NCBI GenBank assembly: GCA_964405855.1
Contig: CAYOPK010000001.1
Span: 1 to 25,230, forward strand
Direction of reading: 5' to 3'
DNA from: an uncultured Candidatus Saccharibacteria bacterium
GTDB lineage: Bacteria; Patescibacteriota; Minisyncoccia; Phycocordibacterales; Zambryskibacteraceae
DNA length: 25,230 bases
A program made the translations under genes and the position numbers. Positions 8,800-16,837 of this stretch are shown piece after piece. Numbering within the stretch: position 1 is the first letter of the stretch; every line of letters starts with the position of its first letter. The notes under the pieces were generated by a model, which was given only the letters and a program-made list of their open reading frames with translations, was not told the DNA's origin and ran no database searches.

Positions 8800-8801
8800 T
8801 T

Positions 8802-8918
8802 TTAACCTTGTCGTTGCTTATGTCGTGGGTTGGCCTTGCAGATTACATAAACATAGCCCTTTCTTCGGACTATTTGGCATTTTGCACAGATTTTCTTGAC
8901 CGCGGCCTTCACTTTCAT
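8802..8918 (-). CDS. rpmJ: 50S ribosomal protein L36 (Zn-ribbon type)
   Basis: Not in the ORF track. Manual translation [38 protein letters not shown] (38 aa). Confidence 0.97.
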   Translation of the reverse strand: MKVKAAVKKICAKCQIVRRKGYVYVICKANPRHKQRQG

Positions 8919-8929
8919 AAGGAATTTGT

Positions 8930-8958
8930 ATTGTAACCTAAGCTTACTTTTATGTCTA
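8930..8958 (-). promoter_or_regulatory. Putative sigma70 promoter upstream of rpmJ
   Basis: Minus strand TAGACA (8958-8953) - 17 nt - TACAAT (8935-8930). Confidence 0.6.
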
Positions 8959-8977
8959 GTCTTATCTCCTTTTCAGA

Positions 8978-9214
8978 CTAAAGACGTTTAATAATCCTAG
9001 CCTTGCCACCATAAGGTTCCATCTCCAAAAGCACCTTGTCACCAACCAGAACTCGGATGCGATGTAGGCGCATTTTCCCAGAAAGATAGGTCAAAATCAC
9101 CTCTCCATTCCCAGCTTCCCCACCTGCTGGTGGATCGAGCTGTACCCGAAACATAATATTCGGGAGAGATTCGACTACAGTACCTGTTCTTTCTAGATCT
9201 TTGTTCTGCGGCAT
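8978..9214 (-). CDS. infA: Translation initiation factor IF-1 with a short in-frame insertion
   Basis: GTVVESLPNIMFRV and LSGKMRLHRIRVLVGDKV. Extra DPPAGGEAG between RVQL and NG. Confidence 0.95.
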   Translation of the reverse strand: MPQNKDLERTGTVVESLPNIMFRVQLDPPAGGEAGNGEVILTYLSGKMRLHRIRVLVGDKVLLEMEPYGGKARIIKRL

Positions 9215-9216
9215 GG

Positions 9217-10536
9217 TTATTCGGCCTTCAACCTCTTAACTGTAATATTTCCTGCCTCACTTGGGAAGCCTGACTTCCAAAAAGGACGAATGGTGGCACT
9301 GGCGCTCTTCACTGTTGGAAAGTTTTGAAGAACTTGTGGAAGCTCAGATTTACTCTTGTCCACCAAGGCACTTTTCAACGCCACCTCGTCGACTCGCCAG
9401 ACCAACAAAGCGGATCCTGAAACCTTGAAATCAATCTTGTTCAGATCAAGCAGATCAGCTGGAGTCCCGTCGGTGAAAGTGAGCGTCAAAGAATCGAAAG
9501 ATTCGAAAAGCACTGGGTCCCCTGGATTAACCGGAGCTTTTTTGAGAGAAAGATAGGCCGAAAGGTCGGTCCTCTTGAACATAATGCCAGAAAAATTGGC
9601 TTTCATATTGATCATAACACTACCCGCTTCTGCCCCAGGAGTCTGAGGCAATGATTCAAAATCAACAGAAGACAGGGTTGGGAAGAGAACAAAATCTGCT
9701 GGCACCTCGGCCTCTGCCTTGGAGATAAGTTCGGCACTTAAGGTCGAGCGCAAACTATTCTCGGCTGTGGCCAAAGCTTCGGCACTGACAGCCCTCTCCT
9801 TACCAACGAGGCCGCCAGTCATAGGAGTTTTTGAGCGAGCGTAGATGGTCTCATAACGAGGTGTTCCCCGAAGACCTGGCACAGTGAAATCTGTTAAACC
9901 AACATTGTACGAAGCTCCTGGCTCATCGGCATACACAACCACCTCCAGTGAACCTGGACCAGTAGACTTCTTGCCTGGGATAGAGATGGCATTGGCGATG
10001 CGGTAAACCTTCCCTTCGGCACTTTCGAAACGAGTATTCTCGACTAGTCTCTGTGCTTCAGCTGAGACATTGTTGTAAACGACGATGGTACCGGAAGCCT
10101 TACGACTCACATCCTGCTCACCAGAAGCGGTCACGGAAGCACCTTTTTCACCCGAGAGCTTGATGACGCTATAAAGCAAACCAGAATCACCGCTCTTAAG
10201 AGCAGAGAAGCTTTCTTTATTGAAGGTGACCTGAGCCGAGCGCGGCTCATAAGCTAAAGTGGCGCCGCCAAACATGGAGAGAATAGCGAAAAGTAAAACC
10301 AAAAGCGCACCGAAGGCAAACCCCCAAGTTCTTTTGCGAGAAAAGGAGCGTGGTGAACGAGGTCGAGTTGGTGGCGTGTAAGAATCATCCACTGAAGGTT
10401 GGGCTGGAGAAGCGGTTTTCCTAACCCCGTTCATACCGACGAAGTGTTCGGTCCGACGACGAGCTTCAGGGACAGGAATGTTTCTAATACTTCTCTTCCT
10501 ATCTGGGATGATGACATTATCGATATGTTTCGGCAT
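9217..10536 (-). CDS. Membrane-anchored hypothetical protein, baseplate-J-like domain
   Basis: Basic/Pro-rich N-terminus, one TM helix (WGFAFGALLVLLFAILSMF), then GTIVVYN...QRLVENTRF...IPG...VYADEPGASYN, a pattern I associate with baseplate-J-like CPR proteins (family call from recall). ATG 10536 preferred over TTG 10542 because of TATAAT at 10543-10548. Confidence 0.55.
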   Translation of the reverse strand: MPKHIDNVIIPDRKRSIRNIPVPEARRRTEHFVGMNGVRKTASPAQPSVDDSYTPPTRPRSPRSFSRKRTWGFAFGALLVLLFAILSMFGGATLAYEPRSAQVTFNKESFSALKSGDSGLLYSVIKLSGEKGASVTASGEQDVSRKASGTIVVYNNVSAEAQRLVENTRFESAEGKVYRIANAISIPGKKSTGPGSLEVVVYADEPGASYNVGLTDFTVPGLRGTPRYETIYARSKTPMTGGLVGKERAVSAEALATAENSLRSTLSAELISKAEAEVPADFVLFPTLSSVDFESLPQTPGAEAGSVMINMKANFSGIMFKRTDLSAYLSLKKAPVNPGDPVLFESFDSLTLTFTDGTPADLLDLNKIDFKVSGSALLVWRVDEVALKSALVDKSKSELPQVLQNFPTVKSASATIRPFWKSGFPSEAGNITVKRLKAE

Positions 10537-10576
10537 GTTCAAATTATAATTGATTAACTATCAATGTTACTGCCTT

Positions 10577-12151
10577 TTATTCTAACACAGCTTTGACGCG
10601 ACGGACTCCGGCACTAATGGCTTCTTCTTTTGCAATCTTGAAACGCCCAAGCGTGCCAATGTTTTCAACATGGGGACCACCACAGAATTCTTTCGAATAT
10701 GCGCTCTCCAGAGAGTCGCCAATGTAGTAGATACTAACCTCATCAGGATACTTCTCTCCAAAGAAATGCCGCGCTCCGGTTTTCTCTGCATCAGTCTTCG
10801 ACATAAGCACCTTATTCACAGGCAACGCCTGTGCAATCTTCTGGTTCACTATCTCTTCTACCTGTTTCTTTTCTTCATCTATCATCTTCCTGGGGAAAGA
10901 AAAGTCGAAACGTAGACGCTCAGGAGTGATATTACTCCCCCTCTGCCCCACTTCTTCTCCGAGAACATCATGGAGAGCCTGGTGGAGAAGGTGTGTTGCT
11001 GTGTGATACTTCACCTCCATCTCAGAGTGCCCAGCCAGACCTCCTTTAAACTTCTGCTCTGCGCCAGCTCGAGAAGTCTCTTGATGTTTCTTAAAGGCTT
11101 CTTCAAACTTAGCACGGTCAATACTAAGACCCTTCTCACGAGCGACCTCTTCGGTGAGCTCAAATGGGAATCCGTAGGTAGTGAAGAGGATAAATGGATC
11201 CACCCCTTTCTCAAACTGCTTCAATCCGCTTTCAAGTGTTTCTTCAAACTTCTTTTTCTCCTCAGAGAAAACAGGTGAGGCAACATCAAAAGGAATTTTC
11301 TTCGCATGCGCGTGCATGAGCCCTCGGCGGATAAGTCTTCTCAATATATAGCCCTGATCTTTATTTGACGGCACGACTCCGTCGGCGATGAGAGCTCCGA
11401 CAGCGCGAGTGTGGTCGGCGATAATTCTTTCCTCTCGTGTTTTCTCTCCGGCGAAAAGGTCGGTTTCAAAAATATTTTTCTTCCCCTGGACTTGGATAGC
11501 CAGGCGCTCAAGACCCATACCAGTATCAATACCCTTCACCTCTAGTGGCGTGTATTCGCCGCTCTTGGTTTTATAATACTCGTTGAAAACAATGTTCCAG
11601 ATTTCTACCCCATTGATATAAATCTCGGTTGTCGGCCCACAAGGCCCCTCTTCTCCAGTCGGGCCCCAGAAGTTATCCGAGCGGCCATGGTCAACGACCT
11701 TCAAGCCCGGATCGATCGAGAGCCAGATCTGGCGTGACTCCTCGTCCGCTGGGATGCCACTCTCAGAATCATTGAAAACCGAAACATAATCAATCTTGAG
11801 CCCAAGCTCCTTGGTGATAAACTCGTGTGCGTACTCTATGGCCTCCTTCTTCCAATAACCACCGAAAGAGAAGTTGCCTAGCATTTCGAAGAAAGTGAGG
11901 TGCGTCTCATCTCCCACTTCATCAATATCAGAAGTGCGGATACATTTCTGGATAGAAACAGTATTTAGAGTGCCGAAATCGGCCATCGCATCCTTCTCCT
12001 TGGTGTAGTAAGGCTTGAACTGTTGCATCCCAGCTGTGGTGAAAAGGACCGAGGAATCCCCCTCTGGCACCAGCGATGAAGAGGGCACAATCTTGTGTCC
12101 TCTGGCTTCAAAAAACTTAAGGAATTTTTCTCTAATTTCGCTAGATTTCAT
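10577..12151 (-). CDS. alaS: Alanine--tRNA ligase, truncated form (catalytic + editing domains, no C-Ala)
   Basis: LFTTAGMQQFK, HLTFFEMLGNFSFG, DTGMGLER, GYILRRLIRR. Editing motifs HTATHLLH and EFCGGPHV. 524 aa. Confidence 0.96.
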   Translation of the reverse strand: MKSSEIREKFLKFFEARGHKIVPSSSLVPEGDSSVLFTTAGMQQFKPYYTKEKDAMADFGTLNTVSIQKCIRTSDIDEVGDETHLTFFEMLGNFSFGGYWKKEAIEYAHEFITKELGLKIDYVSVFNDSESGIPADEESRQIWLSIDPGLKVVDHGRSDNFWGPTGEEGPCGPTTEIYINGVEIWNIVFNEYYKTKSGEYTPLEVKGIDTGMGLERLAIQVQGKKNIFETDLFAGEKTREERIIADHTRAVGALIADGVVPSNKDQGYILRRLIRRGLMHAHAKKIPFDVASPVFSEEKKKFEETLESGLKQFEKGVDPFILFTTYGFPFELTEEVAREKGLSIDRAKFEEAFKKHQETSRAGAEQKFKGGLAGHSEMEVKYHTATHLLHQALHDVLGEEVGQRGSNITPERLRFDFSFPRKMIDEEKKQVEEIVNQKIAQALPVNKVLMSKTDAEKTGARHFFGEKYPDEVSIYYIGDSLESAYSKEFCGGPHVENIGTLGRFKIAKEEAISAGVRRVKAVLE

Positions 12152-12166
12152 ACTAGCTATAGTACT

Positions 12167-13921
12167 CTAGCTCGTCAGCTTTTCCAATCTCTCAATATCT
12201 CTTTCAATACTCTTGAGTCCAGCTTCAAAGAAAGCTGGTTTGGAGGTATCAATACCGATAGATTTAAATATTTCTTCAGGACTCATCGAACCTCCAGCTT
12301 TAAGAAATTGTTTGATCTTCTCTCCATAAGATGAGTCTTTCTTGTAATTCTCATATAGTGCCCGGCTGATAAGCTGGCCATAAGCATAAGTGTAGACATA
12401 GAAGAAACGTCGAATGTGCATCCAAGAAACAAACTGATACCCGTCGTCTTCAGCAAGCTCCACAGCGTCACCAAGATAAGACTTTAAATGTTTATTCATG
12501 AGTACCGCCAAATCTTCGGCAGAAACCTTGCCCTCCTTCCTAATTTTGTCATGCAAGTCTTTCTCGAAATTAAAGCAGGCTACCTGTCTAAAGATGGTGG
12601 TGACATCTCCCCGTATTCTATTATGAAGCATGATGATCTTCTCTTTGGGAGATAGGGTTTTTTTCATCTCTTCGGAAGCTGCCTGCTCGAAGAAGGTGCT
12701 GGCTACTTCGGCCGTAGAAATTGTGTAATCACGATACAACACCGGCTGACCCTTGCTCATCTCTGAATGGAAGGCGTGGCCCATTTCATGAGCCAGTGTT
12801 TCTAAAGAGTTCACGCTATCGACATGGTTCAGGAGAACATAAGTCGGCAAGTCAGCCATATCTGAACAATAAGCACCACCCCTCTTACCCTTCTTAGGCA
12901 AAACATCAATCTGGCCTTTCTCCAGAAACTGCTCGAAAATTTTCCTGTATTCAGGATCAATTTTTCCAAACACATCACGGAGTAGTTCAACTGATGATAG
13001 GAAATCAAATTTCTTCTTGATAACCCCGATCGTAGTGGCTCTGTCTGAATAAGTAAGTTTCTTCTCTTTTAGCAGCTTGGCATGGAGCCTATAGAACCTA
13101 TGTGCGATTCGGAAATACTTGGTCACCAGTGCGGTAAAGTTTTCTATCGCCTTCTCATCATTCTGGTAACCGAGAATTGTGGCGCTGTAAGAATTCTTGA
13201 AACCACGGCGCTCATCCACAACCTTTTTATAATTGTAAATAGCATTAATCTCTGCCTCTGCGATCTGAGCTATAGACTTTAAAGTTTGATTTATCTTCTC
13301 TCCTGCTATCCTCCTATCTTTCTTCGGCATATCAGAGAGCATATTGATGGCCTTCGTAATAGGTAGGTTCTTGCCTTTATAGCTAATAGACTGTTGGTTA
13401 AGCAACCTGTCGCGCGCCTCAATCCACATGATATAACTGGTCTGACTAAACAAATCCTCTAACTGCTCCTCTGGTTCACTAAGATAGTGTTTGGCATTAT
13501 TAAAAATCTTTTTCAAGAAATACACGTAAGGCTGAAGGTCTTTGTGATTTAGAAAAGTTTTATATTTAGAAGCTGGGATTTTAGAAATTTCTACCTCGAA
13601 AAATTTAATCTTATTTGAAGCGTCTGTAATCCTTTGATCATATTTTGTCGCGAGGGCACTAGATCTTGTATCCTCAGAGTTGAGATCTTTCTTTAATTTG
13701 AAGTACCAAACTGGCTTTGTAGAAGAAACAGTTTTTTGCATCTTCTCGAAATCATTAAGTGCCTCAGAGAGAGATTGGGGAGATTTGATAAAAGGCTTAC
13801 CTCGATATTTATTCTCGAAAGTGGTGTAAGCATTCTCAATAGCCCTTAAATCCTTCTCGATTTGTGGGTCTTTATCACTCTTATATAGAAGGCCGAGATT
13901 CCAGTTCTGCTTAATTTTCAT
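12167..13921 (-). CDS. pepF: Oligoendopeptidase F-like M3 family metallopeptidase
   Basis: N-terminal WNLGLLY, KRGGAYC, TLAHEMGHAFH (HExxH), AEVASTF and YVYTYAYG. True start taken as ATG 13921 (MKIKQNW); the track's extra 102 codons overlap another gene and a hairpin. Confidence 0.9.
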   Translation of the reverse strand: MKIKQNWNLGLLYKSDKDPQIEKDLRAIENAYTTFENKYRGKPFIKSPQSLSEALNDFEKMQKTVSSTKPVWYFKLKKDLNSEDTRSSALATKYDQRITDASNKIKFFEVEISKIPASKYKTFLNHKDLQPYVYFLKKIFNNAKHYLSEPEEQLEDLFSQTSYIMWIEARDRLLNQQSISYKGKNLPITKAINMLSDMPKKDRRIAGEKINQTLKSIAQIAEAEINAIYNYKKVVDERRGFKNSYSATILGYQNDEKAIENFTALVTKYFRIAHRFYRLHAKLLKEKKLTYSDRATTIGVIKKKFDFLSSVELLRDVFGKIDPEYRKIFEQFLEKGQIDVLPKKGKRGGAYCSDMADLPTYVLLNHVDSVNSLETLAHEMGHAFHSEMSKGQPVLYRDYTISTAEVASTFFEQAASEEMKKTLSPKEKIIMLHNRIRGDVTTIFRQVACFNFEKDLHDKIRKEGKVSAEDLAVLMNKHLKSYLGDAVELAEDDGYQFVSWMHIRRFFYVYTYAYGQLISRALYENYKKDSSYGEKIKQFLKAGGSMSPEEIFKSIGIDTSKPAFFEAGLKSIERDIERLEKLTS

Positions 13922-13957
13922 TACAAGCAATATAACATATTGACCCGTAGAAACGAG

Positions 13958-13989
13958 CAGGCCCCGGCGCATATAGCGTCGGGGCCCTG
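13958..13989 (-). terminator. GC-rich hairpin just after the 67-aa ORF, probable terminator
   Basis: CAGGCCCCGGCGC-ATATA-GCGTCGGGGCCCTG, ~13 bp with one bulge and one G-T, beginning 4 nt after the stop codon. Weak U tract. Confidence 0.6.
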
Positions 13990-13992
13990 TGT

Positions 13993-14196
13993 TCAGGAAT
14001 CCTTGCGGAACTTTCTCGGATCGTAGATCCGAGTCTGACCACGAAGGTCGGTGAGAGGGGGGCCGTTGGGTTCGCGTGACAACACGATACCCTGAGGCGC
14101 CACTCCTACCACGAATGTACTGACCGGAAGAGGAGCCAGACCAATCAAGCCGGTCTGGCTGACTTTGTCGCCGACACTGACACTGAGATGTGACAT
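13993..14196 (-). CDS. Small hypothetical protein (67 aa)
   Basis: GGAGGG 4 nt before ATG, near-consensus promoter upstream and hairpin downstream. Fills the gap between udg and pepF. Confidence 0.75.
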   Translation of the reverse strand: MSHLSVSVGDKVSQTGLIGLAPLPVSTFVVGVAPQGIVLSREPNGPPLTDLRGQTRIYDPRKFRKDS

Positions 14197-14226
14197 GGTT
14201 CCCTCCTGCTGTTACGACCAACAGCA

Positions 14227-14255
14227 ATTATACCACCCTTCTATATACTTAGCAA
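14227..14255 (-). promoter_or_regulatory. sigma70 promoter (extended -10) of the 67-aa ORF
   Basis: Minus strand TTGCTA (14255-14250) - 17 nt ending TGG - TATAAT (14232-14227). Overlaps the udg stop. Confidence 0.75.
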
Positions 14256-14846
14256 CTGTTGAAAATCCTTTTCGAGCTCCGGTAGAAGTTTCCGATTATA
14301 AATAGTGGCCGCTGGGTGGTAGAGGGGAATGAACTTAAAATTCTCGGCTTGGAAAACCTGCCCATGAATTTTCGAAATCGAGTCCAACTTATCCCCTAGC
14401 CCATATTTATTCATAATGTATTCCATCGAGAACCTGCCCAGAGTAGCTACGACTTCCGGCTTAATTATTTCTATCTGACGGTCGAGGAACGGACCGTAGA
14501 GGGAAATCTCATCTGGACGTGGATCGCGATTTTTCGGCGGACGGTCTTTGACAATACTGGTGATATAAACATCCTTCCTCTCAATGCCCGCCTGTTGGAA
14601 AAGCAGGTCGAGCACTTTCCCAGCTCGGCCACAGAACGGTTGGCCAGTCTGCGCTTCTTTCTCTCCCGGCGCCTCACCGATAAACACAATCTTCGCCTCG
14701 CTACTTCCCGCACCCACCACTGGCACATAATTATTCTCTGTCCGGTAATTAAAAAGTGGTGAGCTCTTAAGCCCCCACACCTCTTCTTCAATTTTATTCA
14801 ATAATTCACTTCTCTGCTTAGACTGTTTAGAGCTCATTGATTTCAT
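14241..14846 (-). CDS. udg: Uracil-DNA glycosylase, family 4-like, lacking the Fe-S cysteines
   Basis: IGEAPG (motif A), PF.GRAG, RPPKNRDP, LGRF and YHPAA (motif B). Confidence 0.93.
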   Translation of the reverse strand: MKSMSSKQSKQRSELLNKIEEEVWGLKSSPLFNYRTENNYVPVVGAGSSEAKIVFIGEAPGEKEAQTGQPFCGRAGKVLDLLFQQAGIERKDVYITSIVKDRPPKNRDPRPDEISLYGPFLDRQIEIIKPEVVATLGRFSMEYIMNKYGLGDKLDSISKIHGQVFQAENFKFIPLYHPAATIYNRKLLPELEKDFQQLLSI

Positions 14847-15657
14847 TCAACACGGCTTCAGTCTTTTCGCTGTGACCCAGAAGTTTCTCGAGAACGGTCG
14901 GGTCTTTCTTGATGTTCGAACAGAGGACGACACCAGCCAGAAGAAGAATCTTCTTATCAGCATCAGAGAGCACCGAGAGGCAAGTTACTGGATGAAGCTT
15001 CTCTTCCTGAATCATGTCCTGAAGATTGCCTTTGGCCGGATAATTCCAACCAATAAGTGTCATCTTCTGGCACTCGGCATAATGAGTGGCGGTCGAAGAA
15101 AATTTCGTATTGGTAATAAGCCAGCTCTCCGTCACCTGACGATCTTCTCCACCATAGTCGTAGACGTTATTCTTAATGTCATCGAAACGAGCCTTGATAT
15201 AAAGCACTACCTTGAGATCAGACTTGTTCCCCAGCTCGTTGTGGAACTTGGCTTCAATCATGATGAGCTTCTTCTTGTTATAGGCCACCACATCGACCTC
15301 ATGCGGGACACAGCCGCCAAGAACGATCTGACGAGTCAGACAGTGGTAACCCTTGGCCCGCAAGACCTCCGCAACGAAGTCTTCGAAGGGAAAGCCAGAG
15401 GGCCCTAGATCCATCACCGCTCGTCGCAGAGAGTAACTGCGAGCCACTCGCGGACTAATCCGTCCCAGGAACTCATAGGCGTGCCGATAGATTTCTGCGG
15501 TGGACATGTCCTCGTGTAAATCGCTCATGACATGAGCCACCACTTCCTCAATAGCGTCCTCGTTCGCCCCAGAACGCACGAGAGAAGAGCGAAGTTTATC
15601 AGGATCGAAAATTTCTTTCTTCCCATTCGCTTTAGTAATCAGAACTTCTTTATCCAT
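14827..15657 (-). CDS. ATP-cone domain protein fused to a PD-(D/E)XK (Mrr-like) endonuclease domain
   Basis: N-terminal ITKANGKKEIFDPDKLRSSL (ATP-cone pattern), then G.PFEDFVAEVL, HEVDVVA and IEAKFH (nuclease motifs). Confidence 0.8.
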   Translation of the reverse strand: MDKEVLITKANGKKEIFDPDKLRSSLVRSGANEDAIEEVVAHVMSDLHEDMSTAEIYRHAYEFLGRISPRVARSYSLRRAVMDLGPSGFPFEDFVAEVLRAKGYHCLTRQIVLGGCVPHEVDVVAYNKKKLIMIEAKFHNELGNKSDLKVVLYIKARFDDIKNNVYDYGGEDRQVTESWLITNTKFSSTATHYAECQKMTLIGWNYPAKGNLQDMIQEEKLHPVTCLSVLSDADKKILLLAGVVLCSNIKKDPTVLEKLLGHSEKTEAVLNEINEL

Positions 15658-15670
15658 AAATCTCAGTATA

Positions 15671-16837
15671 TCAAGAAATTATCTGATCCATCACCCCTCC
15701 TCCCAGACAGTTCTCCCCAGCGTAGAAAACGAGTGACTGGCCCATAGACAACCCACGTACCGGCTCTACGAACTCCACCTCTCCTTTGTTCAACACCGAA
15801 TGTTGCACAAACTTGATGGGCAATTTCTCACCACGGTATCGCACGCGCGCAGAGAGATCTGAGCTCGGTGGTTCGCAGAGCCAGTTAACATCCTTTAGCA
15901 AAACTTTTTTTGGCGCCTGTTCCAAAATCTCTTTCTCCTTATCTGAAACAACCAGGCGGTTACCAGCCACGTCCTTTCCCACAATATAAAACGGCCCACT
16001 CAGAGCCCCCTTCTTCTTCACCTCGAAACCTCGACGCTCACCCACTGTGTAGTAAACCAGCCCTCTGTGCTGTCCGATCACTTCCCCTTGGACGTTCACC
16101 ACATCACCTGGAGTGGTTTCGATATAACGAGAGAGAAAATCACTCATCTCGACATCTCCCATGAAGCAAATACCCTGACTATCTTTCTTCTGCGCCACCG
16201 GCAAATTAAATTTATGCGCCAATTCCCTGACCTTTTTCTTTTCCAGCCCGCCGATTGGGAAAAGGATGTGAGCTAGATCTTCCTGCGTCAGAGTCCAGAG
16301 GAAGTAAGTCTGATCCTTATCTTTATCCTTGCCTTCTAAAAGGGTGGGGAAATTTTTAGAAGAAAAATCTGGCCATGCTCCCGAAGGGACATCCGAAGAT
16401 TTTTCGGATAAAGATTTCCCCACCCTGGCATAGTGCCCAGTCGCAATAAAATCCGCCCCATGTTTCTCTGCGAATTTCCAGAAATGTCCGAATTTAATCT
16501 CTCGGTTACAAAGCACATCTGGGTTTGGTGTTCTATTGGCACGGTACTCTGAGAGCATTTTATCCACCACCTCTTCTTTGTACTCCTTCTCCAGATCGAG
16601 GAAAAGAAAAGGAATGTTCAGAGCCAGAGCCACTCGCATAGCGTCACGACGCTCCTCTCGCCAGGTACAAGCGAGCCACTCGGGTTGCCAAGCTCTAATA
16701 AAGACTCCAGTCACGTCATACCCTTCGGCCTGAAGAGTGGCAGCGCTAACCGCAGAATCCACTCCGCCAGAAAGACCGACGAAAACCCTTCGATTCTGAC
16801 TAGCGGAGGTATTTGTTAATTTTTTCTTTGTGTTCAT
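15671..16837 (-). CDS. mnmA: tRNA-specific 2-thiouridylase MnmA with a palindrome-encoded insertion
   Basis: SGGVDS, NPDVLCNREIKFG, ATGHYAR, KDQTYFL, KKDSQGICF, HRGLVYYTVGERRG and GQSLVFY. Confidence 0.97.
   Translation of the reverse strand: MNTKKKLTNTSASQNRRVFVGLSGGVDSAVSAATLQAEGYDVTGVFIRAWQPEWLACTWREERRDAMRVALALNIPFLFLDLEKEYKEEVVDKMLSEYRANRTPNPDVLCNREIKFGHFWKFAEKHGADFIATGHYARVGKSLSEKSSDVPSGAWPDFSSKNFPTLLEGKDKDKDQTYFLWTLTQEDLAHILFPIGGLEKKKVRELAHKFNLPVAQKKDSQGICFMGDVEMSDFLSRYIETTPGDVVNVQGEVIGQHRGLVYYTVGERRGFEVKKKGALSGPFYIVGKDVAGNRLVVSDKEKEILEQAPKKVLLKDVNWLCEPPSSDLSARVRYRGEKLPIKFVQHSVLNKGEVEFVEPVRGLSMGQSLVFYAGENCLGGGVMDQIIS
16341..16426. repeat. 86-nt imperfect palindrome inside mnmA
   Basis: AGGGTGGGGAAAT (16341-16353) / ATTTCCCCACCCT (16414-16426); GAAAAATCT (16362-16370) / AGATTTTTC (16397-16405) in the same register; inner TCCC-GAA-GGGA. 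Confidence 0.92.

Noticed and set aside
13922-14227. 102-codon N-terminal extension of pepF in the ORF track
   Set aside because: It overlaps a better-supported 67-aa gene, its SD and a hairpin. The peptidase-like sequence begins at MKIKQNW (13921).
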